NCBI RefSeq assembly: GCF_000010625.1
Contig: NC_010296.1
Coordinates: forward strand, 3,210,001 to 3,242,000
From: Microcystis aeruginosa NIES-843
GTDB lineage: Bacteria; Cyanobacteriota; Cyanobacteriia; Cyanobacteriales; Microcystaceae
Reading direction: 5' to 3'
Length of the DNA stretch: 32,000 nucleotides
Shown here: positions 16,192 to 24,132 of the stretch, one piece after another
How positions within the stretch are numbered: the first letter of the stretch is position 1
Layout of the letters: each line of letters starts with the position of its first letter
Notes under the pieces: generated by a model
Databases searched by the model: none
Told to the model about the DNA's origin: nothing
What the model saw: the letters and a program-made list of their open reading frames with translations, nothing else
Position numbers and translations under genes: made by a program

Positions 16192-16821
16192 TTAGGGTTC
16201 AGTTCCATCGAGACGGATTTGACAATTATTGGCATCAAGCGGCTCTAGAGGATCGCCGTCATAAGTGCCTTGTTTAACCATTCCTAGCAGAGAAGCGATA
16301 ACTATACACTTTCTTTCTTGGTTGGGATAGGGCGCGGCGGAGGCATTGGCGGCGGGATATAATACGATGATGGCTTGGTTTGCCCGCGGAAGAAAGGTTA
16401 GCCCCGGCACATGACCCCGAAAGGAAAACTGTACCCCCGGACTGCTGCTCCCAGGGGGAAGATTCGGAAAATTCCTCACCACCATAAATACTTCCTGCGG
16501 CAGACTTAGGGAACCCGCATTAGTATTAGTCGCCACTAAACAACCAGGCTCACTGGCAGTTATTTGCCGGTAAACCGTGGGACCAGTGCCAGTCCCGTCA
16601 GTAAAATTAATCGTGCAAATTCTCCCTAGACGGATGGCTTGTCTTTGGGCATCCCTTAGGGCTGATTGTATAGAATCGGTGGCTTCTTGGACTTTATTGC
16701 TATTTAACCAAGCTAATAAATTAGGTCCGGTTAAGGCGGCAAGAATTCCCGTAATTGCCAAAGCTATCAAAATTTCTAACAGGGTAAAACCCTGATTTTT
16801 ATCGACATTCAAACGACGCAT
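16192..16821 (-). CDS. prepilin-type minor pilin/pseudopilin (GspH/FimT-like)
   Basis: The class III signal is ...KNQGFTLLEILIALAITGILAA (G|FTLLE cleavage/methylation motif). At 209 aa, the size fits GspH/FimT. Confidence 0.75.
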   Translation of the reverse strand: MRRLNVDKNQGFTLLEILIALAITGILAALTGPNLLAWLNSNKVQEATDSIQSALRDAQRQAIRLGRICTINFTDGTGTGPTVYRQITASEPGCLVATNTNAGSLSLPQEVFMVVRNFPNLPPGSSSPGVQFSFRGHVPGLTFLPRANQAIIVLYPAANASAAPYPNQERKCIVIASLLGMVKQGTYDGDPLEPLDANNCQIRLDGTEP

Positions 16822-17365
16822 CGGGAATCACCTCGACAGAACTTCTGGCAATAACATTTTCTTGGTTGCGGTAATCGTCAGCAATTTGACCTATTGCTAA
16901 CTCGACTCGATAATCAATACGGAGACGATGGGGATTATCCGCTTGGTTAATAATATTAAAAGTCCGAAAGAGAGAATAGTTTTTACCGACAATTGGTTTT
17001 ATCTCTACTAATTTTTCCTGCGGTATAGGGGTGGTGGGGAGGGCAGTATCCGTTAGTTGTCTTCTTAAGGCTGTGGCATAACCCTGATTGATATTTTCAC
17101 ATACATCGTCACTGACATAATTACTGGATTCCAAATCTAAACTCGCAGCTTTAGCTTTGACATCCTCGAAATCTTCTTGTATCCAAAAGTTAGCTTGAGC
17201 TTGTCTTTCTGCTCGAACTTTATATAAGGCATTCACTGCCATTAACTGTAAGGTTCCTGTTAAGAAAGCAGTAATAGTTAAAATGGCAATTATCACTTCT
17301 AACATCGAGAAACCTGACTCGGACGATGACAGTTTTGACTGTATCCCCTTCCCTCTTGATTTCAC
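16799..17365 (-). CDS. prepilin-type N-terminal cleavage/methylation domain protein (minor pilin, PilV-like)
   Basis: GTG start preceded by GGGGGGTGAAAA. The prepilin motif is SESGFSMLEVIIAILTITAF. It overlaps the downstream pilin gene by 23 nt. Confidence 0.7.
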   Translation of the reverse strand: MKSRGKGIQSKLSSSESGFSMLEVIIAILTITAFLTGTLQLMAVNALYKVRAERQAQANFWIQEDFEDVKAKAASLDLESSNYVSDDVCENINQGYATALRRQLTDTALPTTPIPQEKLVEIKPIVGKNYSLFRTFNIINQADNPHRLRIDYRVELAIGQIADDYRNQENVIARSSVEVIPDASFECR

Positions 17366-17424
17366 TTTTCACCCCCCCAGTTTTTCCTGAACACTACTGG
17401 CTTTTTTTAGCTCTCAACTACAGA

Positions 17425-17561
17425 AGACCTCTTGCAAAAGTCTTAAGTCGATCCTTGTACAGCAACATTTTTGAAGATTATCAACTACTAATAAATAATT
17501 AACTGAAAGTCCCTCCCATTATTGTTTCTATCGTTTGTTTTCGGATTTATGCAAGAGGTCT
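17425..17561. repeat. 137-bp element bounded by a perfect 12-bp inverted repeat (MITE-like or leader structure)
   Basis: AGACCTCTTGCA (17425-17436) pairs with TGCAAGAGGTCT (17550-17561). The element lies 60-200 nt upstream of the pilin gene start (17365, minus strand). No convincing target-site duplication was found. Confidence 0.4.
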
Positions 17562-17753
17562 AGAGTACCCAGATGATCGGATATTTCTAACTCTAGTCAG
17601 GGAATTAATTCCCCGAAAACCCTATTGCTCAAGTGAGTCAGATTGTCTAAACTCTCATGCAGTTAGCATTGTACACTAATCTAGTCTTTGTCTGTGATTA
17701 CCATCCGCGATCAAGATCACACTTAACCGGTAATATTAGATACACTAACAAGC

Positions 17754-18647
17754 TTATCCGCCTAAAATAGCAATGCCTACGCCGATTAATAGAATTAATC
17801 CGCCATAAATGACTTCTTGGGCTGGTATTTCACCAAAAATGAACACTCCTAACAGACTAGCGGCGATTGGCTCTAATAAAATTACCATGGTTACTATTGT
17901 CGGTGCTACCCATCGCAAAGCCCAGTTAAAGCTAGTATGACCGATTAATTGCGGAAAAATCGCCATCATTAACACATAAACATACACGGATAAGGGATAG
18001 CTTTCGTAACCTTGACCGAATAAAAAAATAGCAGGTAATAAAGCTAATCCTGCGGTAGTGTAGGCTACAGTTATATAATTCTTAATATTTAAGCCCTTTC
18101 TTTGTGCTTCCCGTCCGAGGAGAATATAACCACTAACGAGAATTGCCCCAATTAAAGCCAAGCTATTGCCCAATAAAGGGTTAGGATAAGAGCTACTGAG
18201 ATCTCGATCGGCTAAAACAATGAATAATACCCCCGTTAGAGCCACAAAAATGCCGATAAAGGTTAATTTGCTCGGTTTTTCTCGAAACCACCACCAACCC
18301 AACAGAGAAACCCAGAGGGGATTAGTGGTGACTAAAGTGGTGGAAGCGGCGATCGAGGTGTAGGATAGAGAAGTAATCCAAGTAGCAAAATGGAGAGCTA
18401 AACAAAATCCCGCTCCCACTGCGTAATAATAGGCTTGAACAGGGACTTTTTGGCGTGATAAGGTCAACCAGTTCGGAATTAGGACAACAGAAGCCAAGAT
18501 CAGACGAGAAGTTGCTAAAAATAAACTAAATGCGATCGTAGCATTATCTACCGCTTCGATCGCTAACCGGATAAAAATTGCCGATGCAGAAACCGACACC
18601 ACACCGATAGTTAAGATAAAAATAATTTTGGCGTTAGAAGGAGGCAA
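17754..18647 (-). CDS. DMT-superfamily (EamA-type) transporter
   Basis: It has about 10 predicted TM helices arranged as two EamA-like halves. The only possible starts are TTG (used here) or the adjacent ATT, because a stop lies 2 codons upstream. Confidence 0.8.
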   Translation of the reverse strand: MPPSNAKIIFILTIGVVSVSASAIFIRLAIEAVDNATIAFSLFLATSRLILASVVLIPNWLTLSRQKVPVQAYYYAVGAGFCLALHFATWITSLSYTSIAASTTLVTTNPLWVSLLGWWWFREKPSKLTFIGIFVALTGVLFIVLADRDLSSSYPNPLLGNSLALIGAILVSGYILLGREAQRKGLNIKNYITVAYTTAGLALLPAIFLFGQGYESYPLSVYVYVLMMAIFPQLIGHTSFNWALRWVAPTIVTMVILLEPIAASLLGVFIFGEIPAQEVIYGGLILLIGVGIAILGG

Positions 18648-18706
18648 AATAGGCTACGCTTACGCGATGATCAATGATGTTATTCACCAGTTATTTTAAC
18701 CGTAGG

Positions 18707-18810
18707 CAGTAGCCGGTCGTCAGTAGCCGGTCGTCAGGAAATAGGAGATTATTTTATTTATTCTCCCCACACCCCACACCCCACACCCCACACCCCACAC
18801 CCCATCACCC
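18707..18810. repeat. composite intergenic repeat: (CAGTAGCCGGTCGT)x2 + AT-rich core + (CCCCACA)x5-6
   Basis: The 14-mers are at 18707-18720 and 18721-18734. The core GGAGATTATTTTATTTATTCTCCCC (18744-18768) is the reverse complement of 3864-3889 with a single A indel. The CCCCACA units (18765-18810) are the complement of the GGGGTGT array at 3619-3835. Confidence 0.9.
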
Positions 18811-18823
18811 ATTTACTTGATCT

Positions 18824-19180
18824 ATGGAACTACCAGAATTAAATATAGAGACAATTTGGGCGATTATTAACGATGAAATTGACGACGAAACCGTTAATAA
18901 ATTGGTTTGGCAAACTTTAGGTTATCGCTACGATGAAAGTCAAGGAAAATGGGATAATAGTCAAGTAGAGGAAGATTGGCTCCGTGAATATCCCGAACCC
19001 CCAGATTTTATTGCCAATCGTCCCCCAACAGTAAAATTAACTCGATCGATCTTGCCAGAAAATAAACAATTATTAAAAGATAAATTGGGGTTTACCGGTT
19101 ATAAAATTGGCGAATTCAATCCCCGCATGACTCGCCGTGCCACCGCCGCTAATTGGTTGTGCTTTTATGCGTTAAAATAG
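18824..19180 (+). CDS. small conserved cyanobacterial/plastid-type protein (DUF1823-like)
   Basis: 118 aa. The motifs TIWAIINDEIDDETVNKLVWQTLGYRY and YPEPPDFIANRPPTVKLTRSI resemble my recollection of DUF1823. The assignment is from memory only. Confidence 0.45.
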   Translation: MELPELNIETIWAIINDEIDDETVNKLVWQTLGYRYDESQGKWDNSQVEEDWLREYPEPPDFIANRPPTVKLTRSILPENKQLLKDKLGFTGYKIGEFNPRMTRRATAANWLCFYALK

Positions 19181-19211
19181 ATCAGGAAAGTTATTTTATC
19201 AAGCTTCTAGC

Positions 19212-20342
19212 ATGGTCACTATCCCTGTCAAGTCCTCCTCTCATCCCCTAGCATCCTATATTGAGCGTCTCACGGCTGGGGAAGCATTGTTAAAAGATAC
19301 TCCCCAGAATTTGATCGAGGTAGTGGGTATCCTGAAAAGTTACGGAGTGGTGTTAGATGCTTATTCCAAAAATTTAATTTATATTGCGGAAAATCAGTTT
19401 TTGGTTTTTTTCCCCTTCTTTAAATATTTTAATGGTCAAGTATCTTGGCAGAAATTACTACAACACTGGTGGCATAATCGCATTAATTTTGAGTATGCTG
19501 AATACTGTATGAAAGCCATGTTTTGGCATGGTGGGGGTGGTTTAGATAGTTATGTAGATAGTGCCGCTTTTCGGGAAGTGACAGCCAAGATTATTCAGGC
19601 CAAATTTAGGAATAATCCCCTAGTTTTAATTTTAAATAAAGCCTTTCCTGAATTTTTGCCAGAACAAATGCGGATGATGGCCTACTATAGCGGTTTAGGT
19701 CAATTTTGGCGAATTATGGCCGATACTTTTTTAAGTTTATCCGATCTCTACGATGCTGGAAAAATTACCAGTATTCCCGCAGTGGTGGCACACATTAAGA
19801 AAAATTTAGTCGATAATGCTAGTCAAGCAATTGTCTATCAGGTAAAAATCAAAGGACAAACCTATGATCTGATCCCCAAATCGGCAGGATTAACCTTTCT
19901 TGCGGATACGGCAATCCCCTACGTTGAGGCGGTTTTCTTTCGCGGAACACCTTTCCCCGGTACAATTTCCTATAATGCCCAAGCCTATCAAATTCCCTAC
20001 GATCAAGGAATGTTTGCCTATGGTGCTTTGTATGCGGATCCTTTACCCATCGGAGGTGCAGGGATTCCTCCCACACTATTAATGCAGGATATGCGTCACT
20101 TTTTACCAGATTATCTGCACGACATTTATAAAAAGAGTTTTCGTCAAGAAGAAGATTTATTAGTCCAGATCTGCGAAACTTTTCAAAAGTCGATGTTTTG
20201 TGTAACAACGGCAGCCATTCAAGGATTAGCACCTTACCCTTTAACTACCACAGATTTAAAAGAACAAAAAGCCAATCGCATCTATCTAGAAGCATGGATG
20301 AATCGCTTTGTCAAGTCAAGATTAGAAGCGGTAAATCAATAA
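19212..20342 (+). CDS. cupB: CO2 hydration protein of NDH-1 MS' complex (ChpX/CupB type)
   Basis: HPLASYIERLTAGEALLKDTPQNLIEVVGILKSYGVVLDAYSKNLIYIAENQFLVFFPFFKYFNG is the characteristic ChpXY N-terminal region. The length (376 aa) fits the shorter ChpX/CupB rather than ChpY/CupA. Confidence 0.75.
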   Translation: MVTIPVKSSSHPLASYIERLTAGEALLKDTPQNLIEVVGILKSYGVVLDAYSKNLIYIAENQFLVFFPFFKYFNGQVSWQKLLQHWWHNRINFEYAEYCMKAMFWHGGGGLDSYVDSAAFREVTAKIIQAKFRNNPLVLILNKAFPEFLPEQMRMMAYYSGLGQFWRIMADTFLSLSDLYDAGKITSIPAVVAHIKKNLVDNASQAIVYQVKIKGQTYDLIPKSAGLTFLADTAIPYVEAVFFRGTPFPGTISYNAQAYQIPYDQGMFAYGALYADPLPIGGAGIPPTLLMQDMRHFLPDYLHDIYKKSFRQEEDLLVQICETFQKSMFCVTTAAIQGLAPYPLTTTDLKEQKANRIYLEAWMNRFVKSRLEAVNQ

Positions 20343-20395
20343 TTATTCTGCCGATAAATCCGTAGTTTTTGCAGTCAACAAACCCCCTTACATTT

Positions 20396-20959
20396 ATGTC
20401 AGATATTAACGTCCAACTTCAGGATATTTTAGCTCAATTGCAATCTTTAACCGAACGGGTTGCCCTCATCGAAGCGCGGCAGATGTTAGTACCAGACATC
20501 GAGCGCTATGGTAAATTACAGCAATTCCTAGCTGAGGGGAACTTTAGGGAGGCAGACGCAGAAACTCTCCGAGTTATCCTCGAAACTGCCGGCAGAACCC
20601 GCGATACTTTAACCCCAGAGGATATGATGCGGTTTCCCGTTAATGTGATTCGGGTACTCGATCGCCTTTGGAAAAATTATAGCGGCGATCATTTCGGTTT
20701 TAGCAATCAGGTGAAGTTATATTTTGCCGCCGGCGGTAGTATTAACACCCTGCGTACCCAAGACGCGGAAACGATTAGAAAATTTGGGGAATTGGTAGGA
20801 TGGCGCGACAAAGATGAGTGGCGTATCGATGATTATGATCACTGGGATTTTAGTCTCGCAGCTCCTGAAGGCTGTTTTCCCGCTCTCTGGTGGAAGTCTC
20901 CCTACGGGTTAAAAATGGTGACTTTTTGTTTTACTCGCCTGATAGAGTGCGATTTATAG
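20396..20959 (+). CDS. GUN4-domain protein with N-terminal coiled-coil
   Basis: The C-terminal half, FPVNVIRVLDRLWKNYSGDHFGFSNQVKLYF...GWR...W...PEGCFPALW, matches the GUN4 domain pattern (..DL..ID.LW...S.G.FGFS.Q). I prefer the ATG at 20396 to the TTG at 20369. Confidence 0.7.
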   Translation: MSDINVQLQDILAQLQSLTERVALIEARQMLVPDIERYGKLQQFLAEGNFREADAETLRVILETAGRTRDTLTPEDMMRFPVNVIRVLDRLWKNYSGDHFGFSNQVKLYFAAGGSINTLRTQDAETIRKFGELVGWRDKDEWRIDDYDHWDFSLAAPEGCFPALWWKSPYGLKMVTFCFTRLIECDL

Positions 20960-20962
20960 GCA

Positions 20963-21145
20963 ATGAAAGGAATTATCGGCTATTTTCGGGCTTTATTATC
21001 CCCCCAATTTGCTCCCACCGGGATAAGAGTGGCTGTAGTAGTGGGGACAATTTTATTGACAATTAACCACGGTTATGCTATAATGCACAGCCTTATAACT
21101 GACTTATCTAGTTCCCTATCTGGTCAATATTCATGGGCAGTATAG
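20963..21145 (+). CDS. NrtS-like small membrane protein, possibly truncated or degenerate
   Basis: The first ~38 aa (…LLSPQFAPTGIRVAVVVGTILLTINHG) resemble the NrtS nitrate/nitrite transporter family as I recall it. The second hydrophobic helix seems shortened (…LITDLSSSLSGQYSWAV*). Confidence 0.4.
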   Translation: MKGIIGYFRALLSPQFAPTGIRVAVVVGTILLTINHGYAIMHSLITDLSSSLSGQYSWAV

Positions 21146-21253
21146 CAGTTATCGCCGTCAGCAGTGGCCGAAAAAATCCCAACAATAAAGGCAATGAATA
21201 TACCTCTAAGTGGTGATTTCTTTGACTCTAGGGAACTCCCTGTTAGCAGAGGG

Positions 21254-21420
21254 CTGCTATGATAGCGATCGAGACGAATATTCGGGTGACACAGATCTCT
21301 ATTAGATATTTTAGCAACTACTTTATCATTCTTTAGCGATCGCTCTATTGGAATAAAGCAAAAATAGATATATGATCAAGACAAGATCTGCTTTCATAGC
21401 GATCGAGACGAATATTCAGG
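21254..21420 (+). repeat. pair of about 35-bp direct repeats with a 22-bp perfect core, 134 bp apart
   Basis: ATAGCGATCGAGACGAATATTC occurs at 21262-21283 and 21396-21417, each preceded by CTGCT(A/T)T. AGATCT motifs (21293-21298 and 21384-21389) lie between the copies. The second copy ends 17 nt before the ATG of a 55-aa ORF. Confidence 0.85.
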
Positions 21421-21433
21421 AGTTCGATTTACC

Positions 21434-21601
21434 ATGGCTACTGTTTTATTGAAAACTGGCGAGTTCCGAGAAATCCCTGATGATCAGTTAATTTCTTTCC
21501 TCGAGGAAAACCGAGATTTGATTCAAGATCGACAATCACCCAGAAAAAGAGCGATTAAAAGACCTATATCGTCGAATGTTACCTCTACCAGTACAAAATG
21601 A
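21434..21601 (+). CDS. small ORF (55 aa), hypothetical
   Basis: My own translation is MATVLLKTGEFREIPDDQLISFLEENRDLIQDRQSPRKRAIKRPISSNVTSTSTK*. It is below the ORF-track cutoff. There is no recognisable family and no obvious SD. Confidence 0.3.
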   Translation: MATVLLKTGEFREIPDDQLISFLEENRDLIQDRQSPRKRAIKRPISSNVTSTSTK

Positions 21602-21851
21602 CATCGATATTTGTTTCGTCATATTGGTAGATACCTTGTTCTGATTCTTCTTCCGTTTTCGAGTATTCCACCTTACACCGACGAAAAAGTCGGTATTGGG
21701 TTTTCTGGTTATCTTGAGGGTTTCCTCGATACTCCTCTTCTTTACCTAACTCTATATAAACGAATAGTTTTTTATATTTTCCGTAGACTGGCTCCCCCGA
21801 TTTTGCCGAGTCAAATTCTAGCTCATTCAATGCTTTAATTCGTTTAATCAT
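21585..21851 (-). CDS. hypothetical protein (88 aa), Lys/Glu/Tyr-rich
   Basis: ATG-initiated ORF in an AT-rich stretch. Its soluble-protein-like composition is more plausible than that of the antisense 75-aa ORF. No family was recognised. Confidence 0.35.
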   Translation of the reverse strand: MIKRIKALNELEFDSAKSGEPVYGKYKKLFVYIELGKEEEYRGNPQDNQKTQYRLFRRCKVEYSKTEEESEQGIYQYDETNIDVILYW

Positions 21852-21990
21852 ATTAGTGTTTAAGTTGGTTTTTGTTTTATAATATCCTATTATTGTGATT
21901 TTATTAGATTAGGTCGAGGTCTATTGTTTTGAGAGGAGAAGATGTGGCCAGATTTGTCACAGCAGTACCCGATAGTTTAGGAGATTGAAA

Positions 21991-22284
21991 ATGAGTAAGT
22001 TTCAATTGTTTGATGGTGTTATACTAAGGGAAGAGCTACCTTTAATTGATGGTGGAATAGCTCCTATCGGCACAGTTGGGACAATTGTAGAAATTCTCAA
22101 AAATGGGGAAGCTTATCTAGTAGAATTATTTGGAGATTGGGTCAAATATGATGAGCAGGGAAATTTTGTCTGTGCAACTCAGACAGAAAAGGGAGCATTC
22201 CTCGAAACAATCGGCGTAGAAATTGTCTATCCTCATCAATTGGTGTTGACTTTTTCTGCCAAGCAAACGATGACCTTGACCTAA
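21991..22284 (+). CDS. DUF4926-family protein
   Basis: The pattern F.LFD.V.L.E......G....GT.GTIVEIL.NGEAYLVELF is typical of DUF4926. TAGGAG lies 8 nt upstream of the ATG at 21991, which I prefer to the TTG at 21985. Confidence 0.6.
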   Translation: MSKFQLFDGVILREELPLIDGGIAPIGTVGTIVEILKNGEAYLVELFGDWVKYDEQGNFVCATQTEKGAFLETIGVEIVYPHQLVLTFSAKQTMTLT

Positions 22285-22410
22285 ATCTATCCCCTTCCAA
22301 TAGCGAGTGGGAATCTAATAATCTTTCAGTTTTAAAATGGTCGATTAAGACAAGCAGAAGGAGATTTATCCCTCAATTCAATCTTGACAGACCACTAATT
22401 ATCCTATCAC

Positions 22411-22565
22411 GGCTCTTCTGGTTTCTGTGTGGAAACGGGGTCTATACTGATAGTTTCTTCAGCAAAATAGTCCTAAAAGTCTTTTCCAGTAAACATTTCA
22501 ATATTTTATAAGCAAAAATTATTACATACATAAGTAAAAAATATCACAAAAAGTCGAGAAGAACC
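22411..22565. mobile_element. 155-bp MITE with imperfect terminal inverted repeats and a 7-bp target-site duplication
   Basis: The left arm is GGCTCTTCTGGTTTCTGTGTGG (22411-22432). The reverse complement of the right arm (22543-22565) is GGTTCTTCTCGACTTTTTGTGAT. It is flanked by CTATCAC at 22404-22410 and 22566-22572. A related fragment lies at 7149-7190. Confidence 0.65.
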
Positions 22566-22704
22566 CTATCACTGATTATTGTTTACTGATAACTGGTCAA
22601 GTCTCCCATTTCCCCGCCCCCTATCCTAGTTATCTGTAGCCTACTTTTACTTTTAATTGGTGTAAAATAGCAGCAGTATCTACTCTAGGGTAAGATTAAC
22701 TCCC

Positions 22705-23964
22705 TTAGCTAGGATTTGATAAATGCGATCGCTCTCTTTTCAGTAAGGCACTAGCGAGAAAAATACCCAGTATTGCCAATACAGCCATAGCATAAAAAGC
22801 GTAAGTGTAAGTACCGAACCAATCGCGAATTCTACCAGTTACTAAAGTTCCGATCAAAGCACCGACACCGTAGGCAGTAAAAACAATACCGTAATTTTGG
22901 GCGTAGTGGTCAGGATTAAAGAAGTGGAGAGTGGTAGCGGGAGCTAGGGCTAACCATCCCCCTAAACAGAACCAAAATAGACAAAAAGCCACTAGATAGC
23001 TAGTAACTGCCCCTTTTTCGGCCTTGACCATCAACAGACAACCAATCAAAATGAGTGTATAGGCCCCGATCGCTAAATAATGGGGTTTCCAGCGATCGCT
23101 CAACCAACCGAACAAAGGACGACTAATACCATTAAACAAGGCAAATAGCGCAACACTACTAGCGGCTAACCCCGGCTCGATCTGGATAATTTCCTCAGCC
23201 ACAGGACTAGAAATACCGATGGCACTCAAGCCAATTAAAGCACCAATAGCATAGCAAAGCCATAAGCCATAAAATGAGCGACTTTTCAGCATATTCACCG
23301 GATAATTGGCCTGAAAGTCGGATTTTCGATTAGCTAAATTTGCGGGAGGTTGCCAGTCTTGAGGGGGTAACTTCATTGTGATCGCAATAATCACAATAAT
23401 TATTGTAAAGATAATCCCCAAAAATCTTAAACTTGGTCTAACGCTATATTCATTGATTAATCGATTGGCTAAAGGTGCAGTAATCAGGGGAGAAAGGCCA
23501 AATCCGATGATGGTTAAACCCACCGCTAAACCTTTTTTGTCGGGAAACCAGCGTGCCACCACTGCCATGGGAACACCGTAAGCAATGCCGACTCCTGTGC
23601 CGGCAATGACTCCGTAGGTAAGAATAATTGTCTGGATCTGAGCGGCAAAACTAGCGAGAATATAGCCTAAACCGACGATAATTCCGCCGATAGCGGTCAT
23701 CCTGCGAGTGCCTACCCGGGGGATATAAAAACCAGCGATCGGCATAGAAGCGGCATAAAACACTAGGGCCACAGTGTAGGGTAGTAAGCTTTCCGTGGCG
23801 CTGAGATTTAATTCTGTTTCTAGGGGTTTTCTAAAGATACTCCATGAGTACACCGTCCCTAAACAGAGTAAAACGCCCATTCCTAGAGGTATTAATAACC
23901 ATCTACCTTTGGCTGCGGGTAATCCCAAAACTGTCAACTCGGAATCATAATTACTGGTAGTCAT
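22705..23964 (-). CDS. MFS transporter (oxalate/formate antiporter-like subfamily)
   Basis: 419 aa with about 12 TM helices. The loop motifs (G..RRMT..GG, FPDKKGLAVG, LSDRWKP) are typical of MFS/OFA-type proteins. Confidence 0.8.
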   Translation of the reverse strand: MTTSNYDSELTVLGLPAAKGRWLLIPLGMGVLLCLGTVYSWSIFRKPLETELNLSATESLLPYTVALVFYAASMPIAGFYIPRVGTRRMTAIGGIIVGLGYILASFAAQIQTIILTYGVIAGTGVGIAYGVPMAVVARWFPDKKGLAVGLTIIGFGLSPLITAPLANRLINEYSVRPSLRFLGIIFTIIIVIIAITMKLPPQDWQPPANLANRKSDFQANYPVNMLKSRSFYGLWLCYAIGALIGLSAIGISSPVAEEIIQIEPGLAASSVALFALFNGISRPLFGWLSDRWKPHYLAIGAYTLILIGCLLMVKAEKGAVTSYLVAFCLFWFCLGGWLALAPATTLHFFNPDHYAQNYGIVFTAYGVGALIGTLVTGRIRDWFGTYTYAFYAMAVLAILGIFLASALLKRERSHLSNPS

Positions 23965-24049
23965 AGATCGCCGTGACTCTTTCTAGACTTGTCTGGCCAG
24001 TATTCTAGATGAGGTCATGGCTAATGGGGCCAATTTTCCAGAAAATTTT

Positions 24050-24083
24050 CCGATTAAAATGGGGGGTGAAATAATTCACCCCC
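24050..24083 (-). terminator. intrinsic terminator downstream of the peroxiredoxin gene
   Basis: A 9-bp GC-rich stem, GGGGGTGAA (24062-24070) paired with TTCACCCCC (24075-24083), has a 4-nt loop. On the minus strand it is followed by CATTTTAAT. Confidence 0.65.
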
Positions 24084-24132
24084 TTAAAAGTCTGTCCCCA
24101 TCTATAGCTGAGGGACTTCTGACGAACTTTAA

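Noticed and set aside
19849-20232. 127-aa minus-strand ORF and the 60-aa plus-strand ORF inside cupB
   Set aside because: They are antisense or out of frame within a strongly supported ChpX/CupB coding region, and they have no motifs.
21611-21838. 75-aa plus-strand ORF antisense to the 88-aa ORF
   Set aside because: One of the two overlapping frames must be spurious. The plus-strand product is an odd hydrophobic/aromatic mix without TM-like periodicity. I retained the minus-strand ORF, but only at low confidence.
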